Of a stretch of 39,685 nucleotides of DNA, positions 17,463 to 26,512 are shown in pieces. Source of the stretch: a virus (lineage: Duplodnaviria; Caudoviricetes); IMG/VR virus record IMGVR_UViG_3300032272_000038, positions 1-39,685 of that record; one strand, 5' to 3'. The position numbers were made by a program, and so were the translations under genes. The number at the start of each line of letters is the position of its first letter. Within the stretch, counting starts at the first letter, position 1. Under the pieces are notes generated by a model, which was not told where the DNA came from, searched no databases, and saw only the letters and a list, made by a program, of their open reading frames with translations.

Positions 17463-18545
17463 TTAAGAAGATGCGACCGCATAGGAGGACATCACGACAG
17501 TTCCGAAGTCGACGCTGTTCCAAACACATTTTTTCATGCCCCAAATCTGCCAAGCAGACACTTCGAGCTTGCGCTTGTGGTCGAGCAATTCTTCATTCCA
17601 GCGGGCGCGTTCTTTGCCCCCTGATTTGCCGAACCCAACGGCCGCCGCCTGAGCACCAAGCAACACCGCACGACGTACAGTCGTGACAGCCGTACCGTCG
17701 GCCGAGCTTACGCCCTGAGTGACGTCTTGATTGGATCGCAGAATGCATCCGTTGTACTCGCCAAGAGCGCCGGTGTAGATCGGGTTCTTAGTGTCGTTGC
17801 CACCGGCAAGGGCTGCCTGCTGAATAGCATTCCATTGCGTCGTACCGGATGCTGTGCGCAACGATGTGACTTGGAATGGGTGCAAGTAAACGACATAGCG
17901 GTCTTGGCCCTTGATCTTCATCGGGCGGACCTTCTGAGAGCCGACCTTGGCAGCCTCGACGGCTTGGTCGATCACTTCGAGCGTGAAGGTGTCGGCCGAC
18001 GTAATGTTCTCGTCGTTCGCGCCCGTGCCCGTCACGATCTGACGTTCGAGGCCCGTGCCCGAGGCAACACCCGAGACCGCGTTCATGCCCGTGTATTTGG
18101 TATTCGTTTGAGGCGTGTACCCGCACACCTGTGCAAAGAAGCTGGCAGAAAACCGGTCCGCCCACCACTCACCGAGAGCGTCTTTGCACTGTGCTCGCAA
18201 ATCCCAAGGGACGCGCTGCTGATCGATCGTATTTTCAGATCGAGCACCCACCACATGACCGAGTTCGTTAATCACGAGTGCATCGCTGTAGACCGACAGG
18301 CTTTCGCCGTTGCCTTCGGCTGTTTCGTTTTCGGTGATGCCGTCACCAGTCAGTCGAGCCCGCAACGAACAAGTAATCTTGTCGCCGTTGCCCTTCTTCA
18401 TGTCTTCTTTGAGGTGGATGATTGAATTGTCGTCGGTGCCCATGAGCGGCGCGATGTCGAGATTGTCCCGCATTGCGACTGTCATGTATTTTGACCAAAG
18501 TTTTACGGCCATTGCGTCATTGACGCCAAATGTTGTAGTCGACAT
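17463..18545 (-). CDS. Major capsid protein (N4-gp56/DUF4043 type)
   Basis: AVKLWS, GDKITCSL, EGNGESL, YVVYLHPFQ..LR, NPIYTGALGEYNG, RAVLLGAQA, DFGTV. Confidence 0.92.
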   Translation of the reverse strand: MSTTTFGVNDAMAVKLWSKYMTVAMRDNLDIAPLMGTDDNSIIHLKEDMKKGNGDKITCSLRARLTGDGITENETAEGNGESLSVYSDALVINELGHVVGARSENTIDQQRVPWDLRAQCKDALGEWWADRFSASFFAQVCGYTPQTNTKYTGMNAVSGVASGTGLERQIVTGTGANDENITSADTFTLEVIDQAVEAAKVGSQKVRPMKIKGQDRYVVYLHPFQVTSLRTASGTTQWNAIQQAALAGGNDTKNPIYTGALGEYNGCILRSNQDVTQGVSSADGTAVTTVRRAVLLGAQAAAVGFGKSGGKERARWNEELLDHKRKLEVSAWQIWGMKKCVWNSVDFGTVVMSSYAVASS

Positions 18546-18748
18546 AGTTACCCCTTTCGGGTGCGCTTAGGTTTAAGATTGCCTATAACGGGGCAAAGAA
18601 CCGAAGCGGACGGGGTAACGGCTGTCTCGCGTGCCGAACGGTTGTCGAACCGATAGTCGAAGAACGCAAAGGGGCCATTGCGAGCGCTGGTTTTGGGAAG
18701 GGTTAGAAGTGATTTGGCGGGAACTATCGGGTGGCGGCCCGATGCAAA

Positions 18749-19822
18749 CTATCCGCCCTGCATCATCTTCTTGAATGCAGCGGGAGATTTCTGCGAAAAC
18801 GCGAACATCTCGTCGTCTGACATATCGAGCATTTGCTCGAATGTCAACCCCGCATCTGTCTGCCCGGCTCCTTTTCCGGTCAAACTCGTTGATTGGTCTT
18901 GCACAGCCCGGATTGTCGCGACTTTCTCGGCTGCGGCGGCTGCGGCGGCGGCAACGTCGGCGGCTGGATCCGCTGCGGCTGCTTTCGCGTATCCTCGGGT
19001 CGTCGCCAAATCATAAATGATCTGAGCCGGCGACTTCTGTTGTGCGAGCGCGTTTCGCACGAGATCCATCTCTTGCTGCTTGATGTAATTCTCGCGTTGG
19101 TCGGCGTCGGTTATGCCTTGGGTTTCGAGTTCCCGGTGCATCTGAGCCTTGACAAACTTATACGCATCCGGGAAATCGGGCGTGTCTTGGTTGAACCTCA
19201 CCGCGTCTTGCACATAGGCGTTCTGCACTTGGGTGAATTCAGCGCTTTGCGTCGACGCTGCTTGCTGATCCTCAAGCTGCTTTTGCAACTTCGTAATGAT
19301 CGTGTTTTGCTGTTTGACATACCCGAATATGTCTTCTTCCGGGTCGATAGGTGCCTCGGGCGCGGCCGGCGCCCCCGGCGTACCGGGTTGACCCGGCTGG
19401 CCTTGTTGTGATGCCGCGAAACCAAGCGCCGCATTAAGTGCCTCGATCTTCCCCTCGACAGTTGCCCGAGCGCGGGTTTCTTCGAGGTATTTGCTTTCGA
19501 TTTCTTGGCGACGGGTTCGCTCTTTGTGCAACGCGGCATGGGGGACAAAGCGGCCCGTGGCCTTGTCCTTCACCCGCCCGTCGGCATCGATTACAATCTC
19601 ATTGTCTTCCGGCTGTTCGTCGCCGGCTGCAATATCTGTAACGGCCGGGTCAGGCGCGGCCGGGGTTGCTGGTGCCGGGGCGACTGGTGCCTCGGGCTCG
19701 GCCGGGGGCAACTCGTGCGCGCCGGCCGTGTCGAAGTGCGATTGCTCGTCGGCGGTCAAGATGTCGCCGAAGATGTCTGCCGATGGTGCGACGGCTTCAC
19801 CGCCCGTTTCTGGTATTGTCAT
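18749..19822 (-). CDS. Capsid scaffolding protein
   Basis: Acidic/Pro-rich with a coiled coil (VPHAALHKER..RQE), between portal and capsid genes. Confidence 0.8.
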   Translation of the reverse strand: MTIPETGGEAVAPSADIFGDILTADEQSHFDTAGAHELPPAEPEAPVAPAPATPAAPDPAVTDIAAGDEQPEDNEIVIDADGRVKDKATGRFVPHAALHKERTRRQEIESKYLEETRARATVEGKIEALNAALGFAASQQGQPGQPGTPGAPAAPEAPIDPEEDIFGYVKQQNTIITKLQKQLEDQQAASTQSAEFTQVQNAYVQDAVRFNQDTPDFPDAYKFVKAQMHRELETQGITDADQRENYIKQQEMDLVRNALAQQKSPAQIIYDLATTRGYAKAAAADPAADVAAAAAAAAEKVATIRAVQDQSTSLTGKGAGQTDAGLTFEQMLDMSDDEMFAFSQKSPAAFKKMMQGG

Positions 19823-19836
19823 GGTAGTCTATCCCC

Positions 19837-22035
19837 TTATTCAGCCTCACCCCGAGCCATTCTCGCGGCGTATTCCTCAAGATCCGGCACGGCCGGAAGC
19901 GGTGGCCCGCCTTGCGGCACGGCCGGCATTTGTGGCGGACCCGCGCCGGCTATCAGATCAGAGAGCGCGGCACCCGCATCGGGTTGAATTGCCATACCCT
20001 CGGGTCCGACACCCGTGTCGCTCGGGTTAGCCGGTTCGCCCTCAATAGCGAGCGCCTCGGCTTCCCTGATTTCAGCATCGGCAACTGACACGCCGGCCTT
20101 GATCAAGTCTGTAATGCCCTGGATACGAGTGCGGTCGGCTGTCGCCTTGTCTTTCTCGACTTTCGCGTCGCTCTCGAATTGGGCTCGTTTCTCGGATGCG
20201 ATGGCCGCGATCTTCTGGAACTGTTTCGCTTCTTCGGCTTCCGGGTTCGGTTGGTTAGCTTTCTCCATCATTTCGCGGAAAGCAGTTACCAGCTTCGAAG
20301 GTAGCGGGCTGAATTCGAGGATCGTGAGTACAGCCTCGGGTGTCAGCATTTCCTTGAATGCTGGCATCACTTGCTGGATTGTCGCCCAAGTCTGCTCCTT
20401 AGAATTCGCACTCGTTGGGGCTTCGTCGACAATAACTTCGTACTCGCCCGCCGTCTCGTCTCGTAACAACGGCTTGAGTTCCTGAACGCCCTCTTTGCCC
20501 GAGACCCGGATCAAACGCCCGTCGCTCATGTAGCGCTGAATGATGTCAAGGCGACACCGCCCGACGTTCTTCGAGAACCGCCGCCGGCTATCCATGAGCG
20601 GGGCGAGAATGGTCATTGCGCTTTGTTTGCGGTGAGCTTCGAGCACACCCGGCTGGTTGACATCTCGAAGCCCGAGCATCTCCATGTTGATGCCGGTAAC
20701 TTGCGGGATGCTGTCGACTGCGAATTGCAGCAAGTTTACATAGCCTTGCGGTAGACCGACACCCGGCTTTTGCATGATCTTGTTATTCGCGACGGCGCCC
20801 TTCTTAACCCACGTAATCGCGTCGGGTTGCGCATACGTCTCTTGAGCTTCCCGGACATCCTCGAAGGCGTCTTTCTCGGCAATGATACCGCCCTTGGCCG
20901 TGGTGTTGAGAATGTGCAGCGTTTGCGACAGCCACTTATTCCCCCACATTTGAGGGTCGCGCATGGTGGCGACGAGGCCGTACCAAGTGCCCTTGTTGCG
21001 GTCGGCTTGGCCGGTGATGCAGTTCATGGAAAACCGGTCTTTACAGAGTGCGGGCTTTACCTTCCCGAGCACCTTGTCGCCGATAAATGCTTGCTTGTAG
21101 ACGCGGCGCTTCATTTCGGCTGTCTCGGCCGGCGGCATACCCGCCTCTTTGAGCCGGCGCGAATACTCGGTTAGTTGGTCGCTCTCGATATTCACGAGTT
21201 CACCCGTCGCCGGATCGGCAACTCGGTGATAAACCTCATTCTCGAACCACTGAGCTTGCACAATCCGAACGGTCTCTTTGCCCGTTGGGTGTTGGCTCTC
21301 ACCGAGCTTGAGGCGTCTTTCCTCGACAGGTTTCGGATCGTCTTTGCCGTCGTCGACACCCATCGCCCATCCGCTCGCGTCGAGGTCGATGTCGTCTTCA
21401 TCCGGAAACATTTCCCGAGCTTCCGAGAGCGGCATTTCTTTGACCCGGAAGATGCGACGGGCATCTTGCAGGTTCTTCGCTCGGGCGGTGTGGTCCCATA
21501 CCATCTCAAGAGGCGAGAATTGCCGCTCGTTGTATTTTCCATCCGGGTCAATGTCGTGCTCGACCGTTATCTCGGTCCACCCCATGCCGCAAATTGTGGT
21601 GTCGTAAAATGCTTCCGATTGCTCATCTTCGGCGTCGCAACCGTCTGCCATCCACTGACTTGCCCCGCTCAATATCTCATTGGCTCGGACTTCCCCGGGT
21701 TCGTTCTTCCGGGGCAGAAACATGGTCTCTTGTCGAGTGTTGATTTCGAGCCCGCAGACGGCCTTGATGATCGGCAATGTGCGATTGAACGTGATCACCG
21801 GGCGCTTGCTGTCACTCAGTATGCGCTTATCGGTGTCGGTGAGCTGCTTGCCATTGACGAAGTCGAAGTCTTCCCGGGCTTGCTTGCGCCATGCAGCCGA
21901 GTGCGCAGCGTCGACGACATACCAGCCCTTAAGGGTGATGAAAATGCCTTCAAGGTCGAGGCCGTCGGCGACCGGCTGGTGTGTCTCGTTACCTTCGAGC
22001 GTCTCTTGCCCGGTGGCTTGTTGGTTCGGGATCAT
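19837..22035 (-). CDS. Portal protein (P22-like)
   Basis: 732 aa; DFDFVNGKQ, RPVITFNR, GMGW, YGLVATMRDPQ..NK, VTGIN.EMLG. Confidence 0.92.
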   Translation of the reverse strand: MIPNQQATGQETLEGNETHQPVADGLDLEGIFITLKGWYVVDAAHSAAWRKQAREDFDFVNGKQLTDTDKRILSDSKRPVITFNRTLPIIKAVCGLEINTRQETMFLPRKNEPGEVRANEILSGASQWMADGCDAEDEQSEAFYDTTICGMGWTEITVEHDIDPDGKYNERQFSPLEMVWDHTARAKNLQDARRIFRVKEMPLSEAREMFPDEDDIDLDASGWAMGVDDGKDDPKPVEERRLKLGESQHPTGKETVRIVQAQWFENEVYHRVADPATGELVNIESDQLTEYSRRLKEAGMPPAETAEMKRRVYKQAFIGDKVLGKVKPALCKDRFSMNCITGQADRNKGTWYGLVATMRDPQMWGNKWLSQTLHILNTTAKGGIIAEKDAFEDVREAQETYAQPDAITWVKKGAVANNKIMQKPGVGLPQGYVNLLQFAVDSIPQVTGINMEMLGLRDVNQPGVLEAHRKQSAMTILAPLMDSRRRFSKNVGRCRLDIIQRYMSDGRLIRVSGKEGVQELKPLLRDETAGEYEVIVDEAPTSANSKEQTWATIQQVMPAFKEMLTPEAVLTILEFSPLPSKLVTAFREMMEKANQPNPEAEEAKQFQKIAAIASEKRAQFESDAKVEKDKATADRTRIQGITDLIKAGVSVADAEIREAEALAIEGEPANPSDTGVGPEGMAIQPDAGAALSDLIAGAGPPQMPAVPQGGPPLPAVPDLEEYAARMARGEAE

Positions 22036-22349
22036 GTCGTTGGTTTCCTTTTGGCCGGGGCTTTCTTGCGGGTGGGCTTGGCGGATGGTGGCGGGATGTC
22101 GTCGCCGTCGTCATGGGTTGAATTGTCGGTCGGGTCGACGGGCGCGGTCGTGACCGTGTCGCCGTCCAGAGTAGGCTTTCGTGCCGCGGCGCGTGCCGCA
22201 TAGTTCGGGCCTTCGAGTAGCTTCGCAATGTCCCGGGTGAGGCGTTCCACGAACCGAGGCTCGGGGTTACCGTCGAACAATCCGTTCTTGCGGTACTCTT
22301 TGACGATGCCGGCGACGAAGATTTCGGCTATCTCTCTGTGCTTGTTCAT
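22032..22349 (-). CDS. Hypothetical protein
   Basis: Coupled to the portal start. Confidence 0.6.
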   Translation of the reverse strand: MNKHREIAEIFVAGIVKEYRKNGLFDGNPEPRFVERLTRDIAKLLEGPNYAARAAARKPTLDGDTVTTAPVDPTDNSTHDDGDDIPPPSAKPTRKKAPAKRKPTT

Positions 22350-22555
22350 GTGCGGTTGTCCTTTAGGTTGTGGGCCAGTTCGGCGATGTCCGAACGAAGG
22401 TCGTCGAGGCGAGATAGGTCCGCGATTTCGTGCAGTCGGGTGATTGTCTCGGCGATGACCTTGCGAAGCGCCCGAGCCTCGTCATGATCGCAACCGAGGC
22501 GTAAACATAAGGGCTTGGGGCCGTCTTTCGGGGGCTCGGGTATCTTCATGCTCAT
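22346..22555 (-). CDS. Hypothetical protein
   Basis: ATG overlaps the terL stop. Confidence 0.55.
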   Translation of the reverse strand: MSMKIPEPPKDGPKPLCLRLGCDHDEARALRKVIAETITRLHEIADLSRLDDLRSDIAELAHNLKDNRT

Positions 22556-24033
22556 GCGCTCCATGATGATTGCCCCGCATCGCTGATCGTCTCGCCCCGG
22601 CGGTGCCGGTCGACGGCGGCGCGGTGCCTATCATCGGCGGCAAAGGTTAAGCAAAAGCTGTCGGCAAGGTCGGGCGAGCGCATTCCGCGTTTTCTCATCT
22701 CGTCTTTGCCCTCGACCTTCATCTTGCCCGACGACGTAAACCCATATTCGACCGTGACGAGTTCGCCGATTAGTTCTTCGTCGTCGATCATGCAGACGTC
22801 GAGACCCTCGAACCAGTTCTTTGCCCGGAACCACAACTCATCGCGCAGCTTGTTGTATAGGTCTTTGATTGCGGGGCTTTCGGCGACGTTCACGCCGTTA
22901 ACCGGATACCCGAGTTCATCGAGCCGATCGACCACCCCGGCGCCTATGCCGATCACGTCGATGCATATTTCATAAGGACGCTCGGAAATGTCGGTTGCGT
23001 TGTATTCGGCGGCGATGAGCCCGGCCAATTCCATCGTCGACTTGTTGTTCCAAATTTGGATCTTTTCCATTAAATGATTGCCGCGCCGCTTGCAGAGCGT
23101 CGAGCGGTCACGGCCGAACCTAGCAGGGTCGACACCCCAAACCGGCATCACGCGCATCGGTGACACTTCCCGACCAACGGCGGCTCGGACAGCTTCGAGG
23201 CTGATTAGGGTATCGTCGTCAGTAAGCGGAAAGTTGCCCTCGACCCGGACCCGGTATTGATTGCTGTCTTTGCCATACTCTCGAATGACTTGATCGATGT
23301 GGCCGCGCGCTCGGGGCACGTCTTCCGAATTGACATGGAATGTCTTCCAATGCGCCCGGTTCTTATGGTGCGAATTGTAGAACACACCCGAGAGCCGGGT
23401 CGGGTTGCCGGCCATGATAAAGATCGCACCCGGTGTCGACAGCGCGCCCGTGGCAACTTCGAACACGATGTCGGGGATGCCCGAGGCTTCGTCGAGTAGG
23501 AATTGCAGAAAACCAGCATGGAAGCCGGCAAGGGCTTCGCTGTTCTCCTTCGAGCACGTACGGCGGACGCAGAAAGCCCCTTCCGGGTCAGCCTTCATCA
23601 CAATGCGCTCGCCTAGCACTTCCATCTGTTCGGAAAGCTCGGCGGGCAGCCTCTTAATCCATTTCGAGATTTCGGGCCAAACCGTGTCTTTGAGCTGATC
23701 TTGGCTGTTCGCTCCGAACGGAACCTTGCAGTCTTTGTGCGTGGTTAACGCCCAAATGACCAGCCACGCAAAGAGAGCTGTCTTGCCCGTGCCGTGTCCC
23801 GAGCGGATCGAGATCCGGGTCTCGCCATCCCGAACGGCTTTCAAGACGTCAGCTTGCCACCGCTCCATCTGCACAGTCGTCGTGTCGAGTTCGGGTCGGA
23901 TCCACTCGGGCGGCTTAATGCCGAGTACGCCCATGCAATAGAGATATGGGTCGTCGGTAGACGCTGCCCAAGATTGCACCCAGCGGGGCGGGACTTGCGT
24001 ATCTATGGGCGCTTGCTCGACGACTGTCGTCAT
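22552..24033 (-). CDS. terL: Terminase large subunit
   Basis: Walker A SGHGTGKT, Walker B FLLDEASG, GNPT motif, nuclease motifs GVDPARFGRD and SPDLADS. Confidence 0.95.
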   Translation of the reverse strand: MTTVVEQAPIDTQVPPRWVQSWAASTDDPYLYCMGVLGIKPPEWIRPELDTTTVQMERWQADVLKAVRDGETRISIRSGHGTGKTALFAWLVIWALTTHKDCKVPFGANSQDQLKDTVWPEISKWIKRLPAELSEQMEVLGERIVMKADPEGAFCVRRTCSKENSEALAGFHAGFLQFLLDEASGIPDIVFEVATGALSTPGAIFIMAGNPTRLSGVFYNSHHKNRAHWKTFHVNSEDVPRARGHIDQVIREYGKDSNQYRVRVEGNFPLTDDDTLISLEAVRAAVGREVSPMRVMPVWGVDPARFGRDRSTLCKRRGNHLMEKIQIWNNKSTMELAGLIAAEYNATDISERPYEICIDVIGIGAGVVDRLDELGYPVNGVNVAESPAIKDLYNKLRDELWFRAKNWFEGLDVCMIDDEELIGELVTVEYGFTSSGKMKVEGKDEMRKRGMRSPDLADSFCLTFAADDRHRAAVDRHRRGETISDAGQSSWSA

Positions 24034-24045
24034 GCTCGTGCCGCG

Positions 24046-24525
24046 CTAGTTGATGAGGTCGCCATATCGTTCTTCGTCGCTGTCTGCGTCAATTATGGGC
24101 GAACGCACTACAAACTCACCAGAAGACACGAGCCCCCACAACGATGCGAACGCTTCACCGCCGACGTTGAGATTAGCTTCGCGAGGAACTAACTGGGCAA
24201 CACATTTAATGTACTCGACCGGGCGTTCTTCACGAAGCGTCACGATCGTGTCGCCGCCGTAAGTCTCGAAGTCGTCAGCTAGAGCAGTCAAGAATTGCTC
24301 GACAAGCTTATTTCGAGACCCTTTCGGGCGGCCGGCTGGGTTTCCCGAGGTGCCGGGCGTGAATGCGTGCGGCTTAAGCTGTTTCGGAACTGCATTAACA
24401 GCTACGGCCGGTTTCCTCGATGTTGCACTTGCCCGTGTTTTACCACGCTTGGCGGCAATTACAAGCTTATTCTTAGACGTCGGCGCTTTCTTGCGCGTGG
24501 GCGCCTTGCGTTTGGCGGCTGCCAT
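24046..24525 (-). CDS. terS: Terminase small subunit (DUF5681-like motif)
   Basis: FTPGTSGNPAGRPKGSRNK; directly upstream of terL. Confidence 0.8.
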   Translation of the reverse strand: MAAAKRKAPTRKKAPTSKNKLVIAAKRGKTRASATSRKPAVAVNAVPKQLKPHAFTPGTSGNPAGRPKGSRNKLVEQFLTALADDFETYGGDTIVTLREERPVEYIKCVAQLVPREANLNVGGEAFASLWGLVSSGEFVVRSPIIDADSDEERYGDLIN

Positions 24526-24844
24526 TTCCCTTAGTCCCTTCTATCGGTCGCTTTTCTGTCAGGTTCACAATCCGGTTGTCGGATGGCTTACCGTTTCTGT
24601 AATAGAGCGCGCCTTTCGGCCACTCGCACATCACCATCGCCCAAATGATTTGGGAAACCGGGATCATCGGGCCAACACCGCACTCGAACTGTGTAACCAA
24701 CTCACCGCGCCGGCCAACATTTCCGACTGGTACGCCGCAACGCCACCGATCGATACCCATGCGATGAGTGAGCCGGCCGGCGTCGTAGTCGTATGCATAC
24801 AAATCATGTAGCGCTTCGGCGTCCATCCCGTATTTCTCGAACAT
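24473..24844 (-). CDS. Degenerate HNH endonuclease-like protein
   Basis: HNH_3 scaffold is recognisable (YDYDAG..G, IIW.M..EWP...RNGKPSDNRIVNL), but the AHR and IDH histidines are replaced (VSQ, LYY). Confidence 0.65.
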   Translation of the reverse strand: MFEKYGMDAEALHDLYAYDYDAGRLTHRMGIDRWRCGVPVGNVGRRGELVTQFECGVGPMIPVSQIIWAMVMCEWPKGALYYRNGKPSDNRIVNLTEKRPIEGTKGNGSRQTQGAHAQESADV

Positions 24845-25101
24845 CAAGACGCCTCCAGAAAGCTTATGAAATGAGCCGGGCCCCATTGGAACAGGTTGTC
24901 GCCTGCAACAATCGGGTCGGATGTGTCGGCGGCAACAGTGTCGTCGCCATTGGCTGAAATGCGATAGTGGACCGTCTTGCCGGTTTGCACCTGGACCTGT
25001 AGCAGCCGGGCGCCGGCATTGGCCGAAAGGTCGGCGCCGCTCGTTAGCGGTGTGCCGGTGTCGGCCGTGATGCTTTCCCGAGCGATATAGGGCTCGGACA
25101 T
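24844..25101 (-). CDS. Hypothetical protein, first gene of the late operon
   Basis: Start taken at 25101 (MSEPYIARES); coupled to the next gene. Confidence 0.6.
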   Translation of the reverse strand: MSEPYIARESITADTGTPLTSGADLSANAGARLLQVQVQTGKTVHYRISANGDDTVAADTSDPIVAGDNLFQWGPAHFISFLEAS

Positions 25102-25555
25102 GATCAAAATACTGTCATTCGAAAGTTGCGATCGGTCTTGCGCGCCGGTCTTAATCGCACCGCGTGCAAAGCATCTCAATACGGCCGTCATGGTGTAACC
25201 TTTCGATGTGACGAAGGCGGCGCCCCCTTCCCGGTTGCACCGCCCTCGCTGTTATGGGCCGGGCCGCCACCCGTTCCCAATCCTTAAAATGTTGCGTCCT
25301 TCTGGCTTTCGCCGCCTTGGGATCTTGCTCTGAGCTGGGTCATGTAATCAAGCCGCTCGCAGTCCAAAGCCGGAAAGACGTAACACTCAAACGCGAACAA
25401 AATTTAAGCCCCGTGTTGCCGAGCGGTCCCTCGTTTTTCCGGTGAAAGGCTAAAACCCCGGGTTGACGAGAGACCGTTCAAGCGTTACATGGTTAGTCCA
25501 TAGCTGGGTATCTCCGAGAACGGGGAAGCTGCGCCAGGATTAGCCCGTATAGATC

Positions 25556-25584
25556 AAGATATACGCGCGTGCGAGAAATTGCAA
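25556..25584 (-). promoter_or_regulatory. Sigma70-like promoter for the late operon
   Basis: Minus strand TTGCAA-N17-TATCTT in the intergenic region. Confidence 0.55.
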
Positions 25585-25623
25585 GCGTTTTTTTGCGTGT
25601 GCGTCACTCTGTCGCGAATTCTT

Positions 25624-26511
25624 TTACCCGAGCGAGGTGTTTCCGAGTATTTCCTTTAGGTCGGCGCCGTTTTCTCGGGCTTGGTAGACGATCGTCGCAA
25701 TCCCGACACCATCACCACGAAACGAACGCCAGCATGTTCGCGTGTCGCTCGACTTGTATTTCTCGTAACCGGTGGCGCTCCATGTGTCCCAAAGAGCGAA
25801 GCCCGCATCGCCGAGCGTTGATTTCAAGCCCATGCCAACTTTGATCCATAGATCGCGCTCGGTGTTGGGGATGTATGCAAGCAAATCCATAAGCTGTTCG
25901 TTGGTTGGATCGCTATAATCGACCGTAGCGGCCTTCTGAGGCGTTTTAACGGGCGTGAGTAGTCTCACCGCCCAATCGGGCAAAACGGGCAGGGTGGTGC
26001 CGTGCGGGGCGATTAACCACCTATAGAAACCGCCCCCGGGCAATATTTCCTCGCCGCCCTTCATTCCGTCCCAATAACTCGGTGGGGCGGTGGCCATGCC
26101 GTTCGTCGTTTTGATGTCGATACCTTGCCCGAGCTTGTCGTTGCCCTGGACAATCCGACCGTTGAACGCGAAAAACATATGAACCCCGCCGTGTGGCGTG
26201 ACAGAGCGGGGGCCCTTGGGCAGATCACCATGTCGATCAACAAGGGCTCGCATCGTCTGAAATCCGCCGTGATGCTTGTCGACATCGACGAACATCATAC
26301 CCCGAGCGCCCGACTTAGGGCCCGAGACCAGCGCTATGTTTGCGCCCGGGAATTCTTTGATCCATTCCTCGATCTGCTTTGGATCGTTCGACCCGTCTTT
26401 CGAGCCGTTCTTTGTGAGCGGTACGCCTTTCGCCTTGGCCTTGATGGGCACAACTAAAAACCCGCGTTGCGCATACATGAGCGCGTGAGATTTAAATGGT
26501 TCGGGTGTCAT
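25624..26511 (-). CDS. Bifunctional DNA primase/polymerase (AEP Prim-Pol) with PriCT-2 domain
   Basis: ANIALVSG, VDVD, TPHGGVHMFF, GIDIK, APPS; C-terminal WIKVGMGLK..GFALWDTWS..W.SF. Confidence 0.9.
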   Translation of the reverse strand: MTPEPFKSHALMYAQRGFLVVPIKAKAKGVPLTKNGSKDGSNDPKQIEEWIKEFPGANIALVSGPKSGARGMMFVDVDKHHGGFQTMRALVDRHGDLPKGPRSVTPHGGVHMFFAFNGRIVQGNDKLGQGIDIKTTNGMATAPPSYWDGMKGGEEILPGGGFYRWLIAPHGTTLPVLPDWAVRLLTPVKTPQKAATVDYSDPTNEQLMDLLAYIPNTERDLWIKVGMGLKSTLGDAGFALWDTWSATGYEKYKSSDTRTCWRSFRGDGVGIATIVYQARENGADLKEILGNTSLG

Positions 26512-26512
26512 C

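Noticed and set aside
18728-18741. 14-bp sequence CGGGTGGCGGCCCG recurring inverted at 25260-25273
   Set aside because: A GC-rich 14-mer match is expected by chance in a genome of this size, and the orientation differs relative to transcription.
21175-22203. Long plus-strand ORFs opposite structural genes (also 17727-18425, 10241-11023, 670-1326)
   Set aside because: Antisense shadows of GC-rich coding sequence, with no SD or recognisable motifs.
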